From positions 32,001 to 96,000 of the IMG/VR virus record IMGVR_UViG_3300032893_000011: a stretch of 64,000 bases of DNA. One strand, given 5' to 3'. Shown here in pieces: positions 36,700-46,986 of this stretch. The notes under the pieces were generated by a model. That model was not told where the DNA came from, made no database searches, and saw only the letters and a program-made list of their open reading frames with translations. The stretch is from a virus. Position numbers and translations under genes: made by a program. Positions within the stretch are counted from its first letter, which is position 1, and each line of letters begins with the position of its first letter.

Positions 36700-38895
36700 A
36701 TGAGCGGATCGCAGACCGGCAAATCCCCGCGCAGCGACGCCGAATGGGCGCGGGAAGTCAACCAGCGGCTGCGCTCCCTGGAACAGTCGGTCGTCGCCCG
36801 GATAGGGCAGTGGACCCTCTACAACACGGGCACGTCGCTGCTGGCCGCCCGCCCCGGGCAGGTCGTGGCCCTGGACACCACCGCGCAGCAATCCGACCTG
36901 TCCGCGGCGACGGCCCAGCTCAACAAGGGCATCACCGCCGCCTCACGCGCCGCGGCCGCCGCGCAGTCCACCGCCAACACCGCCCTGGCCGACGCCACAT
37001 CCGGCAACAACCTTTGGACCGAGCTGCTCGCCGCCCTGGGCCTAAGTGATGTGCCCGGCCTGAGCGCCTGGCTGAGCACCGCAGAAACCGACGCCGCCAA
37101 CGCCATCGACAACTGGACCAGCTTCTTGGCGACCATCGCGCAGGGCACGGCCGAGGAGGCAGCAGATCTGATCAATACCATAGAAACCGACGCCTCCACC
37201 GCGCTGGCCAACTGGACCAGTTTCCTGGCGGCCGTCGCGGCGGCGACGGTAGCCGACGCGGCCACCCTAATCACCGACGCGCAGGCGTGGCTGGCCCGGC
37301 TGATACAGGACGTGATCGTCCTGCTCGACGTGTTCCACCTGACGTACCAGCTCGGCTCCCCCAGCGACTCGATCACGCAGACCGGCAGCAACGGCAAACT
37401 GACGTGGCACGCCGCCTGGAACAACCTGATGGACCTGTTCGGCCTGGCCTTCTCGCAGTCCGCATTGACGGACCCGACGCCGACGACCGGCGACGTGATC
37501 AACACCAAACTGGACTCCACGTCGAACCTCGACGCCTCGAAGCTGACGAACATGGCCAACCACCCGACCCTGTCCGGGTCGAAGGTGACCGGCATCGCCA
37601 ACGACATCGTCACGGACCTCCAGGACCACCTGGACAATGTGGTGTCGAAGTTCCTGAACGTGTCCGTGTCGGGATCGAGCCTGGCGGACGCCGCGACCGC
37701 CATGTCGGGAATCCAGGACACGGTCGCCTCCACCGCGCGGGCCGTGCAGGCCCTTCTGACGACGCAGCAGGCGGGCGGGTCGTCGGGACGCAACTACCAG
37801 GTCGACTTCACCACCTACCCGGCGGGCTCGTTCAGCCAGTGCCCGTTCGACGTGTCCTACACGGGCCTCGGCACCGGCTACATCGAGATAGCCAACAACG
37901 AGGCCTACTGGTACAAGGTCGCCAACGGCGACTGCATAGCATTCGCCCTGTACGACGACGGCACCAACACCACCACCGACACCGACTACCAGTGGGCGCA
38001 GGCCACGGTGGCGGCGCCGATGGACTACAGCAACGGCGTCAGCGCCAGCAACAGCCTGGTCCTGCGGTGCGATGCGACCGGCCAGAACTACGTCTACGCC
38101 AGGGGTTACCGGGCGGGGCTCTTCGGCGCCGGGTTCTACGCCGAGCTGGGCTGCGTGGTCGGCGGTGTCACGACCGTCTTCGACACCGGCGTGCCCGCCG
38201 GCTACAACCTGAACCTCGGATTCAAGGCCGGGGTGGCGGGCGTGGCGAACCGCTTCCAGGTGTTCTCCGGCGACACCCCCGTCATCGACTACACCGACAG
38301 CGGCAACGTCTCCCAGATCGGCGCCAACTACCGCCGCTGGGGGTTCATCTCGTCCACCGGCAACAACGGCAACGCGGCACCGGCACCGGCGACGTACATC
38401 GGCTGCGCGGACACTGCCACACCATCAGTCACGGGCACCACGTTCCGCCGGTGCCGCACCGGCACGGGTGTCGTGACGTTCACTTCTGGCAACAACCTGC
38501 TGGGAGGAACGTTCTTCGACTCACCCGACTACATCACCGACAACATGGCCTTCGACACAGGTGCCGGGAAATTGACGGTCGGTAAGCAGGGCAACCTGCA
38601 CATCGACGTCGCGGTCCTCGGCAACGGCGGCAATCCGACCTCCGCGCAGCAGGTCAGGTTGCTGCTGTACAAGAACAACGGGATCTTCCGCAGCGGCCGC
38701 ACCGTCTGCTTGGTGCCCTCCTCCACCGCTGGGGCCCTCGGGGCCTTCTGGGGCTTCCAGGAGACGTTCATGATCCCCGTGGCCGCCAACGACTACCTGC
38801 AGCTGGGGTACAACTCGACTGCGACGATATCAACGCCGGGGATGACCGGGGAGGCGTCGGGCACCCAGACATGGTGGGACGCCGTCTATCTGTGA
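36700..38895 (+). CDS. Minor tail protein
   Basis: GGAGG upstream; PRSDAEWAR..RL..LE...RIGQW; C-terminal carbohydrate-binding-like region (GANYRRWGF). Confidence 0.8.
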   Translation: MSGSQTGKSPRSDAEWAREVNQRLRSLEQSVVARIGQWTLYNTGTSLLAARPGQVVALDTTAQQSDLSAATAQLNKGITAASRAAAAAQSTANTALADATSGNNLWTELLAALGLSDVPGLSAWLSTAETDAANAIDNWTSFLATIAQGTAEEAADLINTIETDASTALANWTSFLAAVAAATVADAATLITDAQAWLARLIQDVIVLLDVFHLTYQLGSPSDSITQTGSNGKLTWHAAWNNLMDLFGLAFSQSALTDPTPTTGDVINTKLDSTSNLDASKLTNMANHPTLSGSKVTGIANDIVTDLQDHLDNVVSKFLNVSVSGSSLADAATAMSGIQDTVASTARAVQALLTTQQAGGSSGRNYQVDFTTYPAGSFSQCPFDVSYTGLGTGYIEIANNEAYWYKVANGDCIAFALYDDGTNTTTDTDYQWAQATVAAPMDYSNGVSASNSLVLRCDATGQNYVYARGYRAGLFGAGFYAELGCVVGGVTTVFDTGVPAGYNLNLGFKAGVAGVANRFQVFSGDTPVIDYTDSGNVSQIGANYRRWGFISSTGNNGNAAPAPATYIGCADTATPSVTGTTFRRCRTGTGVVTFTSGNNLLGGTFFDSPDYITDNMAFDTGAGKLTVGKQGNLHIDVAVLGNGGNPTSAQQVRLLLYKNNGIFRSGRTVCLVPSSTAGALGAFWGFQETFMIPVAANDYLQLGYNSTATISTPGMTGEASGTQTWWDAVYL

Positions 38896-38927
38896 GCGGG
38901 CGCAGGGCGCGGCGATAAGCTCCCGCC

Positions 38928-39614
38928 GTGACCACCGGAGGCAGTGGCTACGGCCCTCAGGGCGCGGCGACGATGACACCCGTCAGCGTATGCGTCGGCC
39001 AGCAGCTCACCACCGTCTGGGACGACGAGCAGCAGATCTACGTGCTGCAGATGGCGCCGTGCTCGGTCCCGCAGCTGGTCGCCGACGCCCGGTTCGACTC
39101 CGGCGCCGACGGCAACATCACCGAAACCACCACAGCCCCCGGCAAGCTCCTCATCGACGGGCAGCTGTCGTGGCGCAACAACACGCCCGTGGTGCACAAC
39201 GTCGTGATCCGGGTGACGCGCCGCTACCGGCACTGGATCACGTCAAACCCCAACGCCGTGCAGTTCAGGGACCGCTGGACGTGGGGCATCGACACCGCCG
39301 CGCTCACCGAGCCGATCACCACCAGCATCTACAACGGGCAGGTCGGGTCCGCCAACGACATCGGCACCAACACCGTCGCCGAACCCAACCAGGGCCTGTA
39401 CGAGCAGTGGTGGGGCACCGGCTGCAACGACGAATGGGTCGGGCCGATCAACCCCGGCTCGATACTGCAGGTGTGGTACCGCTGCTACGTGTGGACCCCG
39501 CCGCCATGGTCGGATAATGCCAACCTCAACAACCCCAAGCACCTGGCCGAGGCTGGGTGGACCCGCGTGCAGCTGATCGCCTACCCCAACCAAGGAGCAC
39601 TGGTCTCCGGATGA
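38928..39614 (+). CDS. Minor tail protein (paralogue family)
   Basis: WRNNTPV..V..RVTR. Confidence 0.7.
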   Translation: MTTGGSGYGPQGAATMTPVSVCVGQQLTTVWDDEQQIYVLQMAPCSVPQLVADARFDSGADGNITETTTAPGKLLIDGQLSWRNNTPVVHNVVIRVTRRYRHWITSNPNAVQFRDRWTWGIDTAALTEPITTSIYNGQVGSANDIGTNTVAEPNQGLYEQWWGTGCNDEWVGPINPGSILQVWYRCYVWTPPPWSDNANLNNPKHLAEAGWTRVQLIAYPNQGALVSG

Positions 39615-40255
39615 GCAGCCTCAAGGTGTTGTGCGCCGAGTTCATGTTGAGCGACAACAACGGCCTGGGGGTGCGCCGCTCGTGGTTGCTGCGCAAGGTC
39701 GCCGAGTCCTTCACCGGCTCCACGAAGGACGGGCCGATCCAAATCAGCCCCGACCCGGTCACCATGATCGACGCCGACCTGTACTGGTACAACGACACCC
39801 CCGACCCGCAGGACATCTGGGTGATCGTGTCGCGGGCGCCGCGCTCGGTGGTGGTGCAATCGCCCTGCACCGTCATCATCCTGGAGGGCTCCAGCTCCCA
39901 GATCGGTGAGAACCCGCAGGCCGACTACCCCAGCATGGTCGACGACGCGTTCGGCGGCGGCATCGCCATCGACCGCCTCGAAGTCTCCTCCGGGTCGCTG
40001 CAGTACGGGCGGTTCTTCTTCGACGGCGACGACACCCAGTCCTACAAGCACGTGGGCATCGTCCCGCCGGGGCAGGCGTTCCACTTCTGGTACATAAGCG
40101 CCGTGCAAACCCCCGGCCTGTGGACCGAGGCAACAGACTTCGTCACCGACTGGGAGGCCGACGCCCGCTGGGTGCGGCTGATCGCGATGGCGATGCCCGT
40201 CGACGTGGCCACCGCCCTGATCGTGGCACCCGGCTCGGGGGGCAGCGGCTCGTGA
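39611..40255 (+). CDS. Minor tail protein (paralogue family)
   Basis: ATGA overlap; WYNDTPDPQ..V.VSRAPR. Confidence 0.7.
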   Translation: MSSLKVLCAEFMLSDNNGLGVRRSWLLRKVAESFTGSTKDGPIQISPDPVTMIDADLYWYNDTPDPQDIWVIVSRAPRSVVVQSPCTVIILEGSSSQIGENPQADYPSMVDDAFGGGIAIDRLEVSSGSLQYGRFFFDGDDTQSYKHVGIVPPGQAFHFWYISAVQTPGLWTEATDFVTDWEADARWVRLIAMAMPVDVATALIVAPGSGGSGS

Positions 40256-42447
40256 CCGTGTCGGTGCTGTGCGTGCCGGGCCTGTTCGAAACGGCGGCGT
40301 CGATGAAGAACCTGCTCGCCGGGACCGCCGTCGCGGGAAACACGCAAGTCAACTGTCCCTACAACAACTGGGCGCCGCTGGACGGCAACGTCGACAACGG
40401 GGTGACCGCGTTCGACGCGCTCGCCAACTCCACCGGCGGCGTGAAAATCGCGTTCGGCGACGGCCTGGGGGCGTGCGTGCTGACGCGGTGGCTCGCGCAG
40501 AAGGGCCCCACGTCGGGCATCCCGCCAGCCGATTTGACGTTCGTGCTGATCCGCAACCCCGACCGCACCTACGGCGGGCTGCTGCACTCCACCACCTACG
40601 ACGGCACGTTCGTCGACCCGGCGGGCAACTCGTGGCTGCTCACCCCCGACACGGTGCCCGCAGGCACCCCCTACACCGTCGCGGACCTGGCGGTGCAGTA
40701 CGACGGGTGGTGCGACTGGCCCGACATCACCACCTCCCACTGGTACTGGCTCGCCGAGCTGAACGCCCTGGCCGGGATAACCGACGCGAACTACAAGACC
40801 CCCACCCTCGGCGACGTCAACAACACCGAACTTATTGAGGGCAACATCACCTGGCTGCTGGCCCCGACCGTCCCGGTGCCGCTGCTGGGCACCCTCGACA
40901 ACCCGGCCACCGAGGCGATCGACAAGAAGCTGCGGCCCCTGATCGAGTCGTGCTACAGCCGCGAATACACCCCCATCGGCTACACGCCCCCGTCGACGAT
41001 CCCCTACCCGGCGGTGGCCACCGTCGCCTGCGCCGACCCGGCCCACTTCTACGTCCACAACGGCGGCCTGACCCCGCAGCCGTGGATGCAGCTGCAGAGG
41101 GTCACCGGCGCAACGTTCCCCGCGCAGACCGTCAAGTTCCCGATCACCAACACCGGCACCAACTACGACAAGCTCCTACAGACCGCCGGGGCGACGTGGA
41201 TCAACCTGTCACCCGTCGCACAGTGGGTGTACGGGCTGGTCACCTGCGGCCCCAACCGGGTCACCCTGCAGGCCCGCAGCAAGGGCTACATCGCCGTGTG
41301 GACGGCCATCGACTACGGCTACAACACCAGCCCCACCCTGGTGGAGGCCAGCCGGTTCGGCATCGGCGCCGACGACGGGTTCGCCGGGGTCATCTCCACG
41401 GGCATCGCCTACTGCGAAGCCGAGGTCCGTGCCAACACCAGGACGTTCACCGTGGCGCCCGAAGAGACCGGATGGATGAGGGTCGAGCCGGGGCAGGCCG
41501 TCACCGCGATGGTGCACACCCGTTTCACGTCGACGAACTGGGAGACCAGCGACATCGACGGCGGCGACACCGAATGCGTGTCGTCCATCGACTGCGGCGA
41601 ACTGACGCTGGACATGTTCGCGACACCGGTGATCGAACCCGCCCCGCCCACACTCGGCGTGCTGGGGGCCCCGGCGATCACCGTCATCGAGGTGTACGGC
41701 GGCAAGGTCTCGGGCTACAAACACGCGCCGTACACCCCGACACCGACAACCGACTGGCTGAACACGGCGCTGGACCCGTCGGTGTTCATCTGGACGGCCG
41801 TCGACTTCCCGACGACCGTGTTCCCGCTGTCGGCGGCGATCGCCGCGGGTGTCGCCGACACGGTAGCGGTGATCAACGCGGTCAGCGGGCCGTTCATCCT
41901 CGTCGGCCACGGGGTCGGCGCGTCGGTGATATCGGGGGTCTACGACCAGATCCGCAGCGGCTCCCTGACCGCGCGACGCGCCGACCTGCTCGCCGGTGTC
42001 ACATTCGGCAACCCGCGGCGCCAAAAGGACCACCTGTGGCCGGGCGTCGCCAACCCCGACCCCGGTGCGGCCGGGATCGACCCCAGCCCGCTATCAGGCA
42101 CGGAAGGCCTGTGGTGGGACTTCGTCAACGCCAGGGACCCCCTGGCTGACGTGCAGGCCTCCACCCAGGCCGGGGGGTGGGCCGCCAACGTGTGGGCGAT
42201 CCTCACCAACCGGATCGCCGACGGCACATGGGCCTCGGTCACCGCATGGCTTGGCAGCGTGTCGGAGGCCGAAACGGACCTGGCGCAGCAGATCTGGAAC
42301 TGCATATACGGCGCGCCACTGGCCGGCGCCAACCCAAACCTGACGTACAACACCACCAAGCCGCTGGCCCCGCACGACAAACGCACCAGCCTCAACATAG
42401 CCCTGGACTACATCACAGGCTTCGCGGGCAGCAACTGGGGCCCCTGA
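40252..42447 (+). CDS. Minor tail protein flanked by PE-PPE-like and cutinase-like alpha/beta-hydrolase domains
   Basis: GDGLG, NPDRTYGG, QYDGWCDWP (PE-PPE-like); central WINLSPVAQ domain; LVGHGVGA, TFGNPRR (cutinase-like). Confidence 0.75.
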   Translation: MTVSVLCVPGLFETAASMKNLLAGTAVAGNTQVNCPYNNWAPLDGNVDNGVTAFDALANSTGGVKIAFGDGLGACVLTRWLAQKGPTSGIPPADLTFVLIRNPDRTYGGLLHSTTYDGTFVDPAGNSWLLTPDTVPAGTPYTVADLAVQYDGWCDWPDITTSHWYWLAELNALAGITDANYKTPTLGDVNNTELIEGNITWLLAPTVPVPLLGTLDNPATEAIDKKLRPLIESCYSREYTPIGYTPPSTIPYPAVATVACADPAHFYVHNGGLTPQPWMQLQRVTGATFPAQTVKFPITNTGTNYDKLLQTAGATWINLSPVAQWVYGLVTCGPNRVTLQARSKGYIAVWTAIDYGYNTSPTLVEASRFGIGADDGFAGVISTGIAYCEAEVRANTRTFTVAPEETGWMRVEPGQAVTAMVHTRFTSTNWETSDIDGGDTECVSSIDCGELTLDMFATPVIEPAPPTLGVLGAPAITVIEVYGGKVSGYKHAPYTPTPTTDWLNTALDPSVFIWTAVDFPTTVFPLSAAIAAGVADTVAVINAVSGPFILVGHGVGASVISGVYDQIRSGSLTARRADLLAGVTFGNPRRQKDHLWPGVANPDPGAAGIDPSPLSGTEGLWWDFVNARDPLADVQASTQAGGWAANVWAILTNRIADGTWASVTAWLGSVSEAETDLAQQIWNCIYGAPLAGANPNLTYNTTKPLAPHDKRTSLNIALDYITGFAGSNWGP

Positions 42448-43100
42448 TGCTGAAGGTGCCGCCGGGCTACGACGACCTGCTCGGCGACGCCGCCGCCGCG
42501 CCGATCCGCGGCGAACTGCACAAACTCGACGTCGAAGGGGTGGCGGCGCTGCTGGCGCGCCGACCGCAGCCGCGCTCGACAGCCGCACTCGCGGCCGCCA
42601 CCCAGCGCGGCAGCCCCCCGGCCGAGAAAGTCAAACACCTGCACACATTCGTGTGCGACCACCTGGAGCCCGGCGGGTTCGATGCGCTGCTGATCGGGAT
42701 GAGCCTCGACGAGCTGCCCGCCGACACGTTCGGACTGGTCACCCGGGCGCTGGTCACGTGGGGCACCGCCCGGCCCTACACCGCGGCGGCCACCCTCGCG
42801 TCGATGACCGGGCACCACTGGCGCACAGTGCGCGCACACCTGATCAACCACGGCATCGCCGACCCGATGGGCCTGCCTTCGATGCACGCCCTCCTAGACA
42901 TCACCGAGACGATGGTGATCGAGGCCATCCAGGAGGACAAGCCCGAGAAGACCAGGCTCAAGCGGGAGCAGTTCTACAACCAGCTCTACGTCCCCGACCG
43001 GGTCGCCGTGTCGGTCGACGGCAAGACCAAACCCGCGCTGGCGGAGCCGGAGGTGGCCGAGGAGGCGTTCGACCAGTTCGCTCGCGCGCTCGGCGGATAG
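42447..43100 (+). CDS. Tail assembly chaperone paralogue (G-T fusion-like)
   Basis: N-half aligns by eye with 26434-26901. Confidence 0.55.
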   Translation: MLKVPPGYDDLLGDAAAAPIRGELHKLDVEGVAALLARRPQPRSTAALAAATQRGSPPAEKVKHLHTFVCDHLEPGGFDALLIGMSLDELPADTFGLVTRALVTWGTARPYTAAATLASMTGHHWRTVRAHLINHGIADPMGLPSMHALLDITETMVIEAIQEDKPEKTRLKREQFYNQLYVPDRVAVSVDGKTKPALAEPEVAEEAFDQFARALGG

Positions 43101-43109
43101 CATCACGCC

Positions 43110-43526
43110 ATGCCCCTGTGCTACGTGCTTTTCGACCCCGACCAGCCGCAAGGCAGCCAGTTCGAGTCACCGGCGGTGCGCGCCGAACTGGGCTACCTCG
43201 CCCCGACGTTCGTGGCGCCCGGCTCGGTCGGGCCGGTGCAGCTGGCGCCCGGCGCCGTCACCAACACCGCCCTGGCGGCCGGGGCGGTCACCAGCGACAA
43301 GATCGCCGCCAGCGGCGTCGACAGCGCCAACTTGGCCCTGGCGTGCGTCGAATCCGCCAACATCGCCGACGGGGCGGTGGGCCCCACCCAGGCGGGCATC
43401 GGGATACTCACGGTGGTCAACTCGGCGGGCAACCCCACAACCCTGCAGGCGATGATCCTGTCCGCAGCCCAGTACGCGGCGATCAGCAGCCCCAGCCCCA
43501 ACATCCTCTACCTGATCACACCCTGA
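43110..43526 (+). CDS. Small fibre-like protein
   Basis: GAVT..KIA repeats; ends LSAAQYAAI..P.PNILYLI. Confidence 0.65.
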   Translation: MPLCYVLFDPDQPQGSQFESPAVRAELGYLAPTFVAPGSVGPVQLAPGAVTNTALAAGAVTSDKIAASGVDSANLALACVESANIADGAVGPTQAGIGILTVVNSAGNPTTLQAMILSAAQYAAISSPSPNILYLITP

Positions 43527-44350
43527 TGTCCGGGCCGTTCGGCATCCCCTGGCACTACAAGCTCAAAGCGGAGCAGGTCATCACCGCGCAGGCCAGCGCC
43601 GCGCTGGAAGTCTCCGAGCTGCCCCAGGTGTCGGCGGTCGGGTCGACCCAGCTCGCAGACATCCGCATCGGCCCGACACGGCTGATACTGGTGTGCATCG
43701 GCTCGCAAATCGTGTGGCAACCCCAGACGATCTCCGCCCTTTTCAACCTGTACACCGACGCAGACTCGCTGCCCGACCCGTGGATCAACGAAATCCCCTA
43801 CAACATCCTCGACCCGACCACCTGGTACACGGCCGGGGTGACCGGCGGGGCTATGCGCTTCGAGATGCCCCAAGGCCTGGTGGGCTGGCCCGCGATATTC
43901 TCCTCCCGCTACCGCAACTCCAACCAGACGTTCGGCGACGACGGATGGATCGAAATCCAAGTCGCCAACGCCGGGAGCGCCCCCAGCTACGGCAACACGT
44001 TCAACACGCAGGTGTACCGGCGCTACAGCAACGACGGCTCCTACGACAACGGGGTGGGCATCGACCTGTCGGTGGGGGAGATCAGCATCGTCACCCGCGT
44101 CGGGGGCACCGAAACCCTGCAGCAGGACTGCGGCCCGTTCGTCAACGGCGACGTGATCCGACAAACCCAGGCCGGCAACGAGTTCGCCGTCATCGTCAAC
44201 GGCGAGCAGACCGGCGCGTGGACCGACGAGGGCGGCATCACCGCCTCGGGCCCCGCCGAACGCTCGGTCGGGATCTACGTGTCGGGCACCAAAGACTTCC
44301 TCGGGCCGCGCCGCTTCTCCCCGTCGCTGTCCTACATCGAAGCGGTCTGA
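43526..44350 (+). CDS. Minor tail / receptor-binding-like protein
   Basis: IGSQIVW motif, then beta-rich domain ending WTD..G..SGP.ERSVG. Confidence 0.65.
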   Translation: MSGPFGIPWHYKLKAEQVITAQASAALEVSELPQVSAVGSTQLADIRIGPTRLILVCIGSQIVWQPQTISALFNLYTDADSLPDPWINEIPYNILDPTTWYTAGVTGGAMRFEMPQGLVGWPAIFSSRYRNSNQTFGDDGWIEIQVANAGSAPSYGNTFNTQVYRRYSNDGSYDNGVGIDLSVGEISIVTRVGGTETLQQDCGPFVNGDVIRQTQAGNEFAVIVNGEQTGAWTDEGGITASGPAERSVGIYVSGTKDFLGPRRFSPSLSYIEAV

Positions 44351-44370
44351 CGGGGGGGTAGGTTCGTGTC

Positions 44371-45363
44371 GTGACGATCTTCTATCCCGACGTGTCCAAC
44401 AACAACTGGGGCGGCCCGGGTCTGACAGACGGCGGGGCCAACAGCCTGTACAGCTTCCTGACGCCGCTGCTGGCGCAGGGGTTCGCCGGGGTGTGCCACA
44501 AGATGAGCCAGGGCGGCGGCGCGAACGCCTACGTCGACCCCTACGGCGCCCTGTGTCAGGCGTGGTGCGCCCAGAACGGGGTGCCGTTTCTGGGGTACCA
44601 CTGGGTCACCTGCGACCCCGCGCAGGCGCAGGCCGACAACTGGCGCGCCGCGGGCGGCGGCGAGTGCGCGATGCTCGACTGGGAGGCCGGCGGCGGGCCC
44701 GGGGCGGACGACTTCAGTGGCGACATCGACAACTTCTGGGCGGTCACAAACGCGTTCAACGCCGCCAACGTCAACGTGGCCGTAGGCTACAACCCGCGGT
44801 GGTACCTGGAGGGCGCCGGGTCGGGTGCGGGCACCGACCTGTCGGCGTTCGCCACGGCCGGGATAGCGCTGGTCTCCTCGGGCTACCCGGCCGGGTCGAC
44901 AGCCGACTACGCCTGGAGCCTGTACTTCAACCAGTGCGGCGGCGACGGCGGGGAGGGCTGGGCGCCCTACGACGGCGCCACCCCCGCCGCGTGGCAGTTC
45001 ACGTCGTCGGCGATCGTGTCCGGCGTAGGAGGTGTCGACGTCAACGCCTACAAGGGCGCAGACATCAACACCCTGTTCGGCACCGCCGCCCCGCCGAAGC
45101 CGCCGCCGGCCGGGCCGCCCGACAGTGTCGTCGTCAACGGTGTCACCCTGTACGTGTCGCGGTCCAAGTACCGCGACCGCACCGCGCAGCCGTCCTACAG
45201 CCTGGTCGACCTGGCACGCAACGACGACGCCATGATCCACGAATCCGACGTGATCCGGCGCGCGATCGAAGGCGACACCGCCTGCCAGGCCGTCATCAAG
45301 ACGGTCGCCACCCAGTACGGCGACCCCGAATCGGCGCTGCTCGTCAAAAAGTACGGATGGTGA
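44371..45363 (+). CDS. lysA: Lysin A, GH25 muramidase
   Basis: PDVSNNN, KMSQG, GYHW, MLDWE, WQFTSS, DVNAY. Confidence 0.85.
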   Translation: MTIFYPDVSNNNWGGPGLTDGGANSLYSFLTPLLAQGFAGVCHKMSQGGGANAYVDPYGALCQAWCAQNGVPFLGYHWVTCDPAQAQADNWRAAGGGECAMLDWEAGGGPGADDFSGDIDNFWAVTNAFNAANVNVAVGYNPRWYLEGAGSGAGTDLSAFATAGIALVSSGYPAGSTADYAWSLYFNQCGGDGGEGWAPYDGATPAAWQFTSSAIVSGVGGVDVNAYKGADINTLFGTAAPPKPPPAGPPDSVVVNGVTLYVSRSKYRDRTAQPSYSLVDLARNDDAMIHESDVIRRAIEGDTACQAVIKTVATQYGDPESALLVKKYGW

Positions 45364-45367
45364 AGAA

Positions 45368-46303
45368 ATGGCCAAGCATGTCGTGATCTGCGCGCAGGGC
45401 ACCGGGGTGTCCATGTGGGACGCCGACGCCCCCCAACCCTACGGGGTCGCGATGGCGCTCGACTCCAACCGCTGCTACCCCCAGCCGCTGGGCAACTACC
45501 CCGCGTCGGTCGTCAACCCGCAGATGGGCGAATCCGTCCAGGACGGCGTCAACGAGATCGTGCGCCTCCTCACCGACGTGTACTACCCGGGCTGCACCAA
45601 GGACGGCTCCGGCGGGGCCGGGTCGAGCATCATCCTGCTCGGATACAGCCAGGGCGCGTGGGTGGTGAGCGCGTTCATGGCCAACGAGTGCCACAGCCCC
45701 GTCGGGCGCTGCCACCAGCGCTGGCTGGGCGGCGACATCGTGTGCGTCGCCGTGTGGGGCAACCCGCTGAGATGCCCCGGGTACGCCTCCGGCAACCAGT
45801 TCGCCGGCTGGCCGATGCCTGCCCCGCTGGACGGGTTGACCACCGGCGGCATCGGCGGCCCCGAGGACCTGCAGCCCGCTGTGATGGCCTGCCAAAACCC
45901 CCACCAGCGCCACTACTGGGGCGAGTTCGTCAACACCCTGTCCACGTCGGCGCGATCCATCTACGAGGACTGCCCCGTCGGCCCGCCCGCCGGGCAACCA
46001 TCCGGGGCGGCGATCAACACCGCCGGGCCGCCGTGGACGAACGAGCCCGACGAGGGCATGTGGTCCACCCAGATCTTCGACCTCGTCCAGGCATGGTTCC
46101 CGGCCCTGTTCACGTTCATCCTCAAGGTCGTCGAAATCTTCGGGCCGGGCCTGCTGCCCCACCTGATCGGCATCGGCGAGGCGGTGTGGAACGCGGGCAT
46201 GTTCGCCGCCGCCGGGCCCAACGCGTCGCACTACACCTACCAGACGGGCCCGATCATCGCGTTCGTCGGGCTGGCCGCCAACGAGGTCGAGCCTAGGGGC
46301 TGA
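45368..46303 (+). CDS. lysB: Lysin B (cutinase-like mycolyl-arabinogalactan esterase)
   Basis: GTG, NYPA, GYSQGA, GNP.R; follows lysin A. Confidence 0.85.
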   Translation: MAKHVVICAQGTGVSMWDADAPQPYGVAMALDSNRCYPQPLGNYPASVVNPQMGESVQDGVNEIVRLLTDVYYPGCTKDGSGGAGSSIILLGYSQGAWVVSAFMANECHSPVGRCHQRWLGGDIVCVAVWGNPLRCPGYASGNQFAGWPMPAPLDGLTTGGIGGPEDLQPAVMACQNPHQRHYWGEFVNTLSTSARSIYEDCPVGPPAGQPSGAAINTAGPPWTNEPDEGMWSTQIFDLVQAWFPALFTFILKVVEIFGPGLLPHLIGIGEAVWNAGMFAAAGPNASHYTYQTGPIIAFVGLAANEVEPRG

Positions 46304-46306
46304 ATG

Positions 46307-46624
46307 CTACGCGGGAGGCGCGGGCGGGTCCGGGTCGGCGACCTGAAGGGCCTCCAGCCGCAGCCGGTCCCGCAGCGTCTCAGCGACCGCCCGCAGCGTC
46401 TCAGCGACCGCGATCCTGGAAACGTCGCACTCGAACACGCCCTCCGGCTTGCCGCGGATCGTCTGCGCCACGTCGTCGCACCACCGCGCGGCGCCCTCCA
46501 ACCCGTCCTTGACGCCCTCCACGTAGGACTGCCGGATGAGGTGGGTGGTCCACGAGCTGATCAGCTCGGCGGACGCCTGCATGGCCGCCCACCGCCCCGG
46601 CTGCTCGTCCGGGCGCACCGTCAC
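46307..46624 (-). CDS. Hypothetical protein
   Basis: GTGA overlap with the upstream gene; tandem AVAETLR duplication. Confidence 0.55.
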   Translation of the reverse strand: MTVRPDEQPGRWAAMQASAELISSWTTHLIRQSYVEGVKDGLEGAARWCDDVAQTIRGKPEGVFECDVSRIAVAETLRAVAETLRDRLRLEALQVADPDPPAPPA

Positions 46625-46986
46625 GGCTGGTCCCGAACCATCGCCTCGGCGGCTGCCAGGCTGCGGCGCGCCGAGGCGATCGGGTCCAGGCGGGCCCGCA
46701 GCGACGGCCGCGGGTCGCACCCCGGCAGCTCGGTCGACAGGAGCAGCTGCTCGTGGTCGTAGACGTGTCGGGTCTCCTCGTTGCGGGCCCGCACAAGGAT
46801 CGGCCGCCACCCGTCGGTGTCGGCGGGGAAGTCCACGCGGTCGTGGTAGATGACAAACCAGTAGGCGGCGCAGCGCTCCCGGGTGGTCCAATCGTAGGGG
46901 TAGGGCGGCGGGTCGGGCGCGGCCTTCATGTTGCCCGCCGCCTGTATCGCCCGCTGGCGTTCGTGCCACTCGTCGCTGCCGCTCAC
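46621..46986 (-). CDS. Hypothetical protein
   Basis: Part of a coupled minus-strand operon. Confidence 0.6.
   Translation of the reverse strand: MSGSDEWHERQRAIQAAGNMKAAPDPPPYPYDWTTRERCAAYWFVIYHDRVDFPADTDGWRPILVRARNEETRHVYDHEQLLLSTELPGCDPRPSLRARLDPIASARRSLAAAEAMVRDQP

Noticed and set aside
7959-46231. Many long minus-strand and alternate-frame ORFs over the structural genes (e.g. 7959-9506, 20932-22674, 27503-29425, 31620-33446)
   Set aside because: Typical high-GC shadow ORFs with biased composition and no recognisable motifs, unlike the two intein antisense ORFs
46370-46411. 21-bp tandem duplication as an att or target-site duplication
   Set aside because: In-frame AVAETLR duplication within a small ORF; no associated recombinase
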